Assembly: GCA_002269645.1 (NCBI GenBank)
Contig: NIVC01000911.1
Span: 186,001 to 250,000, forward strand
Reading direction: 5' to 3'
Origin: Macrostomum lignano
Taxonomy: Eukaryota
Length of the DNA: 64,000 bases
Shown: positions 43,083 through 64,000 of the stretch, piece after piece
How the letters are laid out: each line of letters opens with the position of its first letter
Numbering within the stretch: the first letter of the stretch is position 1
Program-made: the position numbers and the translations under genes
The notes under the pieces: generated by a model
What the model saw: only the letters and a program-made list of their open reading frames with translations
Databases searched by the model: none
Told to the model about the DNA's origin: nothing

Positions 43083-45343
43083 ATGGCAGTCAGGAGTTCG
43101 CCGTCCCAGCAGCAGCAGCAGCAGCGCGGTGGCAGCGCGTCATTTTCGATGCGCAACATCCTTGCAGAGACTGCAGCCACTTCTACCTCGGATTCAAATG
43201 AATTTCAAAGCCGTCCGATGCACAGTCAGTTGCAGGGACACCTGTATCTGAGGCCAGGTAACTCCGAGATTGGGTGTTGAAACCTGAGGATCGAAAGTCG
43301 ACAGTACATGTATGGCCTTAAGACTGGAATCATTTGACCGTAGGATCTTTGAACAGTAGGATCTTTGGACAGTAGGATCTTTGGACAGTAGGATCTTTGA
43401 ACAGTAGGATCTTTGTACTGTGAGATCTTTGGACTGTGGGATCTTTGGACTGTGGGATCTTTGTACTGTGGGATCTTTGAAGTGTGGGATCTTTGGACTC
43501 TGGATCTTTGTACTGTGGGATCTTTGGAGTGTTGATCTTTGTACTGTGGGATCTTTGGACTGTGGGATCTTTAGACTGTGGGATCTTTGGACTGTGGGAT
43601 TTTGGACTGTAGGATTTTGGACAGTGGGATCTTTGGACTGTGGGATCTTTGGACTGTGGGATCTTTGGACTATCTGATTTGCAAGCTTCAAAAACTTGCA
43701 ACCATTTACAACTTCAATCTTCAACAGCTCCAGACGAAGCCTCTTTTGTCTATCAGCAGCACCAGCAGCCTCAAACGGCAGTCATGCAGCAGCAGCACCA
43801 GTATGAGCGGTATGCTTACCAGCATCAGCTGGAACAGCCACAGTACTCAGGCCAGCATCATCAGCATCAGCTACTCCGCCATCAGTCTTTGCAAGACTAC
43901 ACACCCACTTGGAACTCATTTCGACCTCGAATCCAGCAGTATCATCAGCCGTCGACATCTCGACAGCATCCCAGTCTGAATTCCAGAAGCTGCCGTCGGC
44001 AGATCAATTTGTCTTCAGATTCTCCTGACACCTCCGTCGGTGCCGCAGCTGTCTTGATCGCCGCTTCCGATGAAGCCGAAGATGAAGAACTGGGCGAGGA
44101 CCAGGACGCGGCAGTGGACATTGACTCCGCCGCCGGTGTCGGCGACAGCGCTGAGGCGAGCGGATCGAGGAAACGGAAGCGGCGGGTGCTGTTCACGAAG
44201 CAACAGACCTACGAGCTGGAGCGACGATTCCGTCAGCAGAGGTACCTGTCGGCACCCGAGAGGGAGAGCCTGGCCAGGTGCATCAACTTGTCGGCGACTC
44301 AGGTGAGCCCTCCTACTGACTGTTGGCTGTGAATGTTCCACGAGATGTCCTCATTCACCAATATGTTCTGAGACATGTCCCCATTCACCAATATGTTCTG
44401 AGACATGTCCCCATTCACCAATCTTTTCTGAGACATGTCCTCATTAACCAATATGTTCTGAGACATGTCCTCATTCACCAATCTTTTCTGAGACATGTCC
44501 TCATTAACCAATATGTTCTGAGACATGTCCCCATTCACCAATCTTTTCTGAGACATGTCCTCATTAACCAATATGTTCTGAGACATGTCCCCATTCACCA
44601 ATCTTTTCTGAGACATGTCCTCATTCACCAATATGTTCTGAGACATGTCCTCATTCACCAATATGTTCTGAGACATGTCCTCATTCACCAATATGTTCTG
44701 AGACATGTCCTCATTCACCAATATGTTCTGAGACATGTCCCCATTCACCAATATGTTCTGAGACATGTCCTCATTCACCAATATGTTCTGAGACATGTCC
44801 TCATTCACCAATATGTTCTGAGAGATTTCCTCATTTACCAATCTGTTCTGAGAGATGTCATCATTCACCGAGCTGTTCAGAGAGACTGTGAGATCCCGCC
44901 CGCTCGCCCGCCAGGTGAAGATCTGGTTCCAGAATCATCGCTACAAGATGAAGCGCGCCCAAGCTGAGAAAGGCCAGCAGCCGGAGCCGCTAGCGCCAGT
45001 CATGAAACGAGCGGCAGCCTCTGCTGCGGTGGCCGGCATGATGGCTTCTGACATGAAGCAGCAGCAGCAGCAGCAGCAGCCGCAGCATCAGTACCAGCAC
45101 TATCATCTGCCACTACCAGCTGCTGTTGTATCGACACCTGTAGCGACTCCCAGCATCCATCATCAGCCTCATCAGTATCAGCAAAATTTTCAACAATTTT
45201 ATCACCAGCCACAGCAGCCACAGCAGCAGCAGCAGCAGCAGCAGTCGCATCTTGCTAGTTATGCTACGGGATTTAGCGATAGTCCTTACGGAGCTTTTGT
45301 CCAGCCTCATCATATTCATCATCATCATATTCCGCGATTATAA
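43083..45343 (+). CDS. NKX2-2: NK2.2/vnd-type homeobox transcription factor; exons 43083-43257, 43728-44302, 44915-45343 (about 392 aa)
   Basis: TN/eh1 motif FSMRNIL. Homeodomain [43 protein letters not shown]|[15 protein letters not shown] carries the NK2 Tyr54 and the NK2.2-type [14 protein letters not shown]. Intron phases are consistent. Confidence 0.9.
43340..43672. repeat. 16-bp minisatellite (CTGTGGGATCTTTGGA) in NK2 intron 1
   Basis: Direct. Confidence 0.92.
44340..44890. repeat. 30-bp minisatellite (AATATGTTCTGAGACATGTCCTCATTCACC) in the intron inside the homeobox
   Basis: Direct. Confidence 0.95.
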
Positions 45344-45647
45344 CTATTCCGCGAACTGTTGTGTAATGCTTTCTCAACACAGTGCTTGATTTGCGTCGGT
45401 TAACTTAATTTTTATTTCGGTATACTTTTTTTTGCTCGAACAAACTAGTTAAAAATCGCTGATATACACAAAGTGAAATTTCACTTCGAGAGTTGAATTC
45501 CAAATAAGAGTTGATATGAACACAAGTGTGTTAAAGTTTTGCAATAATTATTCCAACACGGAAATATTGATTTTAACTGATTGGGTTTGACTAATGGTCC
45601 AGAGTTTCGTGCGGGACGGAATTCAATAATATAAAAAGCTCTGACAG

Positions 45648-46530
45648 GTAGGGGCGTCCACCAAGAGATAGGGGCGTCCACCAAGAGACAGGGGCGTCCA
45701 CCAAGAGATAGGGGCGTCCACCAAGAGACAGGGGCGCCCACCAAGAGATAGGGGCGTCCACCAAGAGACAGGGGCGCCCACCAAGAGACAGCTAGGGGCG
45801 TCCACCAAGAGACAGGGGCGCCCACCAAGAGACAGGGGCGCCCACCAAGAGACAGGGCGCCCACCAAGAGACAGCTAGGGGCGCCCACCAAGAGACAGGG
45901 GCGCCCACCAAGAGACAGCTAGGGGCGTCCACCAAGAGACAGGGGCGCCCACCAAGAGACAGCTAGGGGCGTCCACCAAGAGACAGGGGCGTCCACCAAG
46001 AGACAGGGTGCCCACCAAGAGACAGGGGCGCCCACCAAGAGACAGGGCGCCCACCAAGAGACAGGGGCGCCCACCAAGAGACAGGGGCGCCTACCAAGAG
46101 ACAGGGCCGCCCACCAAGAGACAGAATGTGCCCACCAAGAGACAGGAGGCGCCCACCAAGACAGCTAGGGGCGTCCACCAAGAGACAGGGGCGCCCACCA
46201 AGAGACAGCTAGGGGCGTCCACCAAGAGACAGGGGCGCCCACCAAGAGACAGGGGCGCCCACCAAGAGACAGGAGGCGCCCACCAAGAGACGGGGGCGCC
46301 CACCAAGAGACAGGAGGCGCCCACCAAGCGACAGGGGCGCCCACCAAGAGACAGGGGCGCACACCAAGAGACAGGGCCGCCCACCAAGAGACAGGGCCGC
46401 CCACCAAGAGACAGAATGTGCCCACCAAGAGACAGGGCGTCCACCAAGAGACAGGGTGCCCACCAAGAGACAGAGCGCCCACCAAGAGACAGGGGCGCCC
46501 ACCAAGAGACACCAAATATTGGAGCCCGTT
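45648..46530. repeat. 20-bp minisatellite (CCACCAAGAGACAGGGGCGC), related to 23040-23670
   Basis: Direct; 3' flank CACCAAATATTGGAGCCC. Confidence 0.93.
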
Positions 46531-47522
46531 AGAACTAATTAACATTCCTGAGTAGGTCAGGTTCTTGAATTTTTTAATTTAATTTTTACGGCTGATAGTT
46601 AGCAACACAGTCTTTCAAACAAATCTGCCAGCTAGAAAAATGCAAAAACAAGCAAAGCTTATGTTATTCGAAAATGGAAATTCTTGGAAACATAATTATT
46701 TCAAAAACGCATTTAAGCTATTTATTTTCTGTGACAAGCAGAGAGACAAGCCGATCGGAGAAGGCAACAAAGATATCAACTGTTCTGAAAAATTGCAAAC
46801 CAATTTCGCCAAAATCTTGAAGTAAGAGCTAAGGTCCAAGCCATGCTACAATTAGTATAAAAAATCATGCAAAATAATTTAGTTACAACAAAGAGAGTGG
46901 ATGAACACAAAAATGAAAGTCAATCCTTTATATACAATCTAAACGTGAGCAAGTTTTCCAATAGTGGCTGAGGTTTTGATGAGGCGGCACATGCTCGCAA
47001 GGAAAGATCGCACAGGAAAAAAGCAAAATTAAAAGCAGAAAAATAGCGGCTCCAAGACAGACAACTTCGGTACTTTTTTAAGCAACTCATTTTAAAAGCT
47101 ACAATTGCACTCTAAAAAATAAACTCTGGATTAATCTTAAGGCCCTAAATATATTTTTTTCGGTACTATAATCATTAATATATTTCTACCAAAGCAGTTT
47201 CCCAATCCCAAAAGTTAAAGATATTACGACATTAAAGACGCAAAAATATTTCCATTTCTGTCCTAAAATCTAAACGGAAAGACCAAATTAAACTTACTTA
47301 AACAGTAGGAGCTATGAGGCAGACAGCACATCAAAGAAAAGAAAACAACTATTCATATTTTCTGATTTTCCCAGAAAAAATAAAACAAAATTTATATGGG
47401 ATAATTTTAACAAAAATAAATCTTGATCTAATAAATATTGCGATCGCAAATATACGAAGTAAATCATGCAACCATTATTTGCATAGTTAAACAAAATCAA
47501 TTTTAAATGTAAAACTGAATTT

Positions 47523-57037
<9,515 letters not shown>

Positions 57038-57359
57038 CGCAAGCAGCTGCTGCAGTTCTGTTTGGCAACTGTTGCGATTTCAACTGTGACATTTTGACAG
57101 CTCTGCTTTCAGAACTCAATTCTGCTTTTGATAGTTAAAATGATAGGTAGCATTGATGGGTGCTTCCGGTACCTATACCTGTTTTTAGCTACCGGATTCA
57201 GTGACAGTAAAATCCTGGAACTGTCTTGCTACCTTTCCCCTTTTGATCCTCAACCAATCCTCAACCAGGATGCAGCTCGTAGTGCAACGAGAGGCAATCA
57301 GTGCTTGTCGGGGAAGGCGCGAGGCTGCGTTACTCTTATGTTGAGTTGTCATAGCAACC

Positions 57360-57680
57360 ACGGGTCGCCATCTTAAACCCGAAACCATCTTAAACTCGAA
57401 AAATCACACCTCCGAAAGCACCTCTCAAACCAAATCGAAAACCAAAATAGCTGTTGACATTGCTAACACTTTCGGGGTTATGATATTTCGGGTTTGTGAT
57501 ATTTCGGGTTTGTGATATTTCGGGTTTGTGATATTTCTGGTTTGTGATATTTCGGGTTTAAGATTTTTCGGGTTTGTGATATTTCGGGTTTAAGATATTT
57601 CGGGTTTGTGATATTTCGGGTTTGTGATATTTCGGGTTTGTGATATTTCGGGTTTATGATATTTCGGGTTTAAGACCCCC
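57360..57680. repeat. 16-bp array (GATATTTCGGGTTTGT) with inverted degenerate copies on its left; foldback-like
   Basis: The tandem array at 57478-57675 ends TTCGGGTTTAAGACCCCCC; the left side carries TCTTAAACCCGAAA at about 57370. Confidence 0.6.
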
Positions 57681-57876
57681 CCGCAACCACCATCTTTAGT
57701 TGAATCGGTGACTTATGTCAGTTGGGTCCTAGTCGTGAGTTGGGGCTTTTGCGCTGTCACAGATCAGGGTAGCACCAAGGACAACTTAAGTAGGCATGTA
57801 CTCTCTATGTACTCTCTTTGGTTGTCTTACAGAAATCTCAGACCAATTTGGTGTACTTTTGCAGCGATTGTCTTGC

Positions 57877-58545
57877 AGCTGCCGCCCCCCTCCCCCAGAC
57901 TTGCACTGAGACACACAGACTTCCTCGACACAATGAAGGACAATAAAACAAAGGGTTCTGCAGTCAGAACATCACAGAGAATCAAAGAAGCAGATTTGAA
58001 AAACGATTGAGAGACTACTCGGGTTAGAATTCATTCTCATTGCTTTAAGCGCTTTAATTGCGATTCCTCCGGGTTGCTAGGGTTTGAAAAAAATAGTAGC
58101 TATTGAAAGAGTTTGGAGTGCCTATCCGGAGGACGCGCGGCCTCATCAAACTCTTCAGTCTGGCGCTTGGTAACCCGCCACGCATCCGGCCTCTGTTAGA
58201 TAGAGATGGGGACAAAGACAAAAGAGCTGCATTTTTCATACGCGCGCGACATGCACAAGTTTACAGGGGCGGAATGGGGGGGGGAAGAGGGAGGCCTCTG
58301 CAACACAATTTCTGGCCCTTAATGGCGATTTTGTTGTTTCCCCCAAAAGCCATTGATGGAGTAATAAATTTGAATCCCCAATCCTTTCGTAGGGAGCTTC
58401 TGACAGCTGCTATACTGCTGATGCTGCTGCTGCGACAGACTGCTCCTAGCCTGAAGCTCTGAGTCCCTCAGCTAGACTGCTCAGTCAGTTCGCCCATGCG
58501 CTCACACTGGAAATCCAGTTTTTCAGGCACGCATTGGGCGCCTGG
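57877..58545. repeat. Dispersed repeat, copy B (homologous to 18855-19580, same orientation)
   Basis: Same shared blocks as copy A. Confidence 0.85.
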
Positions 58546-58777
58546 CATGCGAGGCTGAGCCCTACTGGAGCTGTGGGGAGAGAGGCGACGGGACGAGAGG
58601 CAGTGAGGAAGTGATGAAGAAAGGAGGCTGACGGACTAGAGCTGCCGGCTGCCAATGCTGAATACAATATTGAAAGGTTTTTTTACGCTAAAACAATCCT
58701 AGCCAGGTTTTGAGTATGAAGTAGGCCGACAGAAGGACACTAAGACAGGAATATAGGCAGGTGGCACACAGGCAGTA

Positions 58778-59160
<383 letters not shown>

Positions 59161-59494
59161 GGTAGACAGAACTCATAACCCAGCACTGCCAATGGGTTGA
59201 TTGAAACTGCTTTCCTCCCTTACCAAGGAAACTTACAATCTGCCTTGTCATTCATAGAAAGAGAGTACTCGTATGCTTAAGCATTTGTTCTGCGTCTAAA
59301 GTTACTGTGCTCCACAGCTCAAAGAAGAACAACGCACTATGAAGTATTTCTATAAATGCAGCTTTAAGGTACCGTATTAGCTTTCGGTGCATCGAAAATC
59401 TATTGATTTGTGTAACCATAACGAATTATAATGCTATCATCTGACGAAAAGTGCTTTTGAAGGTCTAGTGTATTGAGAAAAAGATTTTGTTTTT

Positions 59495-60870
59495 GAGAGT
59501 GTCTCCCGATTCCAGAGTGTCTCTCCCGATTCCAAAGTGTCTCTCTCGATTTCTGAGTGTCTCTCCCGATTCGATTCCTGAGTGTCTCTCCCGATTCCAG
59601 AGTGTCTCTCCCGATGCCAGAGTATCTCTCCCGATTCCAGAGTATCTCTCCCGATTCCAGAGTATCTCTCCCGATTCCAGAGTATCTCTCCCGATTCCAG
59701 AGTATCTCTCCCGATTCCAGAGTGTCTCTCCCGATTCCAGAGTATCTCTCCCGATGCCAGAGTATCTCTCCCGATTCCAGAGTATCTCTCCCGATTCCAG
59801 AGTATCTCTCCCGATGCCAGAGTATCTCTCCCGATTCCAGAGTGTCTCTCCCGATTCCAGAGTGTCTCTCCCGATTCCAGAGTATCTCTCCCGATTCCAG
59901 AGTGTCTCTCCCGATTCCAGAGTGTCTCTCCCGATTCCAGAGTGTCTCTCACGATTCCAGAGTATCTCTCCCGATGCCAGAGTGTCTCTCCCGATTCCAG
60001 AGTGTCTCTCACGATTCCAGAGTGTCTCTCCCGATGCCAGAGTGTCTCTCCCGATTCCAGAGTGTCCCTCCCGATTCCAGAGTGTCTCTCCCGATGCCAG
60101 AGTATCTCTCCCGATTCCAGAGTGTCTCTCCCGATTCCAGAGTGTCTCTCCCGATTCCAGAGTGTCCCTCCCGATTCCAGAGTGTCTCTCCCGATGCCAG
60201 AGTGTCTCTCACGATTCCAAAGTGTCCCTTCCGATTCCAGAGTGTCCCTCCCGATTCCAGAGTGTCTCTCCCGATGCCAGAGTGTCTCTCCCGATGCCAG
60301 AGTGTCTCTCCCGATGCCAGAGTATCTCTCCCGATTCCAGAGTGTCTCTCCCGATTCCAGAGTGTCCCTCCCGATTCCAGAGTGTCTCTCCCGATGCCAG
60401 AGTGTCTCTCCCGATGCCAGAGTGTCTCTCCCGATTCCAGAGTATCTCTGGCCCGGTTCCAGAGTGTCCCTCCCGATTCCAGAGTGTCCCTCCCGATTCC
60501 AGAGTGTCTCTCCCGATGCCAGAGTGTCTCTCCCGATGCCAGAGTGTCTCTCCCGATGCCAGAGTGTCTCTCCCGATGCCAGAGTATCTCTCCCGATTCC
60601 AGAGTGTCTCTCCCGATTCCAGAGTATCTCTCCCGATGCCAGAGTGTCTCTCCCGATTCCAGAGTATCTCTCCCGATGCCAGAGTGTCTATCCCGATTCC
60701 AGAGTATCTCTCCCGATGCCAGAGTGTCTCTACCGATGCCAGAGTGTCTCTCCCGATGCCAGAGTATCTCTCCCGATTCCAGAGTGTCTGTCCCGATTCC
60801 AAAGTGTCCCTTCCGATTCCAGAGTGTCTCTCCCGATTCCAAAGTGTCCCTTCCGATTCCAGAGTGTCTC
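59495..60870. repeat. 20-bp minisatellite (GAGTGTCTCTCCCGATTCCA)
   Basis: Direct. Confidence 0.97.
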
Positions 60871-60961
60871 CTGATTTCTAAGGTGTCTTTCTTGACTCCA
60901 TAGCAGGTTGTTAAAGTGCACATGCACATACAATCAAAAAAAGCCACACACTGCGTCTCAC

Positions 60962-62164
60962 CGTTCTCGCTGGGTACCTCCGAGAGCCTCGATAAGATTG
61001 GCCACCTCCAGCGGCTCTGGTTGACTGAAACTGGATCGGTGCCAGCAGAGCCGCGGCGGTTCTGTCCGGACCTCGCAGCGACTGGTGCTGCCTGCCCAGT
61101 GGCCCCGTGGTGCTTGTCGTTGTTGCCGTGGTCTGTCGGTAGATTGGGTATTGTGCCATAATTACACAGTGATTCTAAATATTTTCTCCCTTTTTTATGA
61201 TTGGTAACTATTAATAGTTCTGATTAACTAAGCTATTATTAATTACTATTGGTCATGGGTTCATTGGTCACGGGTCATTGTTCACGGGTCATTGGTCATG
61301 GGTCATTGGTCATGGGTCATTTGCCATGGGTCATTTATCATGGGTTATTGGTCACGGGTCATTGGTCACGGGTCATTGGTCAAGGATCATTGGTCATGGG
61401 TCATTGGTCATGAGTCTTTGGTCATGGCTTATTGGTCATGGTCATCGTTATGGGTCACTAGTCATTGATCATAAGCCATGAGTCTTTTGTCATGAGTTAC
61501 TTTGGTCATGGGTTATTGGTTATGGATCATTGATCATGGATCATTGGTCATGGGTTATTGGTTATGGATCATTGATCATGGGTCATTGGTCACGGGCCAG
61601 TTATCATGGGTCATTGGTCATGGATCATTGGTCATTGGTCATAGGTCAATCAAGAATCGCAGGGGTTGAAGTCGCGAGCTGCTTAAGCCACAGGTCAGTC
61701 CGGTTACCTCCTCGAGATCCTGCAGCATGGCGGCATTGGCACAGGCGTCCCTGGTCAGATCCATCATGTTCCGCAATGTCACTTCACGCTTCACACGACT
61801 AGTTTGCATTTGACTGGGAATTGCCGAGTAATTATTATTGATTCAGCTATTGGAGATCGAGTAGCATTGTTTGGGATCCTCTTGGTTGGCGGCACACAAC
61901 GAGTCGCTTGAGTAGATGGGATCGGGGAATGGGGTTGTGGGATTCTAATGGGGAAAACCAGAAATAGGGGATTGAAGCGTTGGGAATAGCCAATGGAGAA
62001 TCGCATACTATTGTTTCTGACGCTTTTAGCATCAACTTTCTGCTTCACCTGCCTCTCTCTTTTCTGCTTCTGCGTCCCCAACCGCTTGCAGGAAGCAAGC
62101 AGAGAAGAACAGCTGCCCGGGTAGGCGTTTCTGCATTCATTGTACGCATGCTTGCAAACACCAT
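60962..62164 (-). CDS. Tentative spliced gene (exons 62049-62164, 61708-61813, 60962-61174; last exon unresolved). Either a prepro-protein or extra 5' exons of DYRK4
   Basis: Phase-consistent GT-AG chain (CAG|GTGAAG..TTCCCAG; GAG|GTAACC..TTTAG; ACG|GTGAGA) giving MVFASMRTMNAETPTRAAVLLCLLPASGWGRRSRKERGSQMQTSRVKREVTLRNMMDLTRDACANAAMLQDLEENHCVIMAQYPIYRQ. No homology recognised. Confidence 0.4.
61250..61645. repeat. 14-bp minisatellite (TCATTGGTCATGGG)
   Basis: Direct. Confidence 0.92.
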
Positions 62165-62477
62165 GGCAACAAGCTATTGTCCCGCGCGCATTGCTATTTA
62201 GCATGGATACTCAAACTAATCGGGAGTTTTATCTCATATCTGGATATGGGAAAAGATAGAATTGCGTGGCTGCCGCACAGGATCCTAATTCTGCCAGATG
62301 CACTCAGGTGGAAAATTGGTAGAAAAATTATGCGTGTAAAATATTGATTATGACCGGCGCGCATGCTGGATGCAACTTAGGGCAAACTGCCTTATTGCAA
62401 CCAGCTTATCTATTTGGCAATTGAGTGCAATATATTACCAAATGAAGTGGGTTTCCTGGTATCTGATACTGATAGTG

Positions 62478-62740
62478 TATTGCTGTGACCCCCTCCCATT
62501 GATACTGCATTGCTGTGACCCCCTCCCATTGATACAGTGTTGCTGTGACCCCCTCCCATTGATACAGTGAGTTGCTGTGAGCCCCTCCCATTGATAATGC
62601 ATTGCTGTGACCCCCTCCCATTGATACAGTGTCGCTGTGACCCCCTCCCATTGATAATGCATTGCTGTGACCCCCTCCCATTGATACTGTGTTGCTGTGA
62701 GCCCCTCCCAATGATACAGTGGTGCTGTGACCCCCTCTCA
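62478..62740. repeat. 30-33-bp minisatellite (GCTGTGACCCCCTCCCATTGATACAGTGTT)
   Basis: Direct. Confidence 0.92.
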
Positions 62741-63104
62741 CGTGAACCCCTTTCACTTATCCATAGAACATTCACGTTTCTTTCAACGCATCATACACTG
62801 TTTTCTACTTGGTAAAGTTTGAGAAGTACACAATAAACTTCTTGAGCTTCCCTTGCAAGGATAAATTGAGTGAAGTAAATACTGCTTGATTTTTCAAGAC
62901 CTCCTACAACTGTACTTATAAGGGCCTATTGTCTGGGTGAAAGTTAATCAATCATCTTTTGCTACAGCATAGAACATGCGTTCACGCACCCACACTTGAG
63001 CTGGTGCCACTCTGACAGTAGAATTCTAAGACTGATTGTTGGCACTGACACTTCCTGTCAAATGTAATTGCTTTTACTGGTGATAGCTATCTGTCAGTCC
63101 TTTG

Positions 63105-63885
63105 TTTGGGTATTTGTAATTGTCTTTGGGTATCTGTACTTGTCTCTGGGTATCTATGTTGGTCTTTGGGTATCTCTTATGTCTCTATAAGTATCTCTAT
63201 TTGTCTTTGGGTATCTCTACTTGTCTCTGGGTATCTCTATTAGTCTTTGGGTATCTCTACTTGTCTCTGGGTATCTCTATTAGTCTTTGGGTATCTCTAC
63301 TTGTCTCTGGGTATCTCTATTAGTCTTTGGGTATCTCTACTTGTCTCTAAGTATCTCAACCTGTCTCTAAGTATCTCTACTTGTCTCGGGGTATCTCTAT
63401 TTGTCTCTGGGTATCTCTATTTCTCTCCGTGTCTCTTTGTCTCTCAGTGTTTACACTTATGTACACTTATGTTATACGTCTTATGTTTGTCTCTGAGAAT
63501 CTCGTCTAGTGTCTGTGTATCTCTACTTGTCTCTGGGTATCTTTACTTGTCTTGGGGTATCTCTATTTGTCTTTGGGTATCTCTATTTGTCTCTGGGTGT
63601 TTATATTTGTCTTTGGGTATCACTACTTGTCTCTGGGTATTGTTATGTAGTTGGTTTGCAATATGTACATCTGCCATGTACATCTGCTATGTACATCTGT
63701 TTGCCGATATTGATTTGTCGCATGCTAGATAAATATATAAGTATAAAAATACCAGTCGGAAGGCCAACTTGGTCTAAGTTCGTGTGTACCCCAAAAATCA
63801 GTCTGACTCTCTCAAACACAACAGGTATTTATATTTGTCACTGGGTATCTCTTCTAGTGTCTGGGTATCTCTACTTGTCTCTGAA
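63105..63885. repeat. 20-bp degenerate minisatellite (GGGTATCTCTACTTGTCTCT)
   Basis: Direct. Confidence 0.88.
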
Positions 63886-64000
63886 TACTATTTTTGATAT
63901 CTCAGGATTTTTCTGTCCTAGGTTACTTCTCATTTTATCTATGCATTCATATTTCAATTTTTTTGTTATTTCCATCTATCTCTCCTTGTATATAATCTTG

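Noticed and set aside
59437-60947. 430-464-aa ORFs (SLPIPECLSRFQ repeats)
   Set aside because: All frames are open only because the 20-bp unit lacks stops; non-coding VNTR.

Overview
Eukaryotic (animal) genomic DNA with GC-rich exons and introns filled with micro- and minisatellites. The style resembles a free-living flatworm such as Macrostomum; this is an inference and cannot be confirmed here. I built spliced models by hand from GT-AG sites and reading-frame phase: nudE/NDEL1 (+), a DYRK2/3-type kinase (-), a secreted PAN/apple + F-type lectin gene broken by two frameshifts (+), a PFTAIRE kinase CDK14 (-), an orphan two-TM protein (-), a secreted IL-17-like cystine-knot protein (-), an NK2.2/vnd homeobox gene (+), a DYRK4-type kinase (-) and a tentative three-exon prepro-protein-like gene (-). 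Mobile DNA comprises a hAT-type MITE with an 8-bp TSD, an internally deleted piggyBac, another TIR element, a 5'-truncated RTE-like LINE and a ~700-bp dispersed repeat upstream of both DYRK genes. Most long ORFs in the supplied track are tandem-repeat artefacts. No rRNA, tRNA or CRISPR array is supported. The best leads are the IL-17-like gene, the prepro-protein-like gene, the frameshifted lectin, the CCAAT-box array in frame with nudE, and the linked class II DYRK pair.
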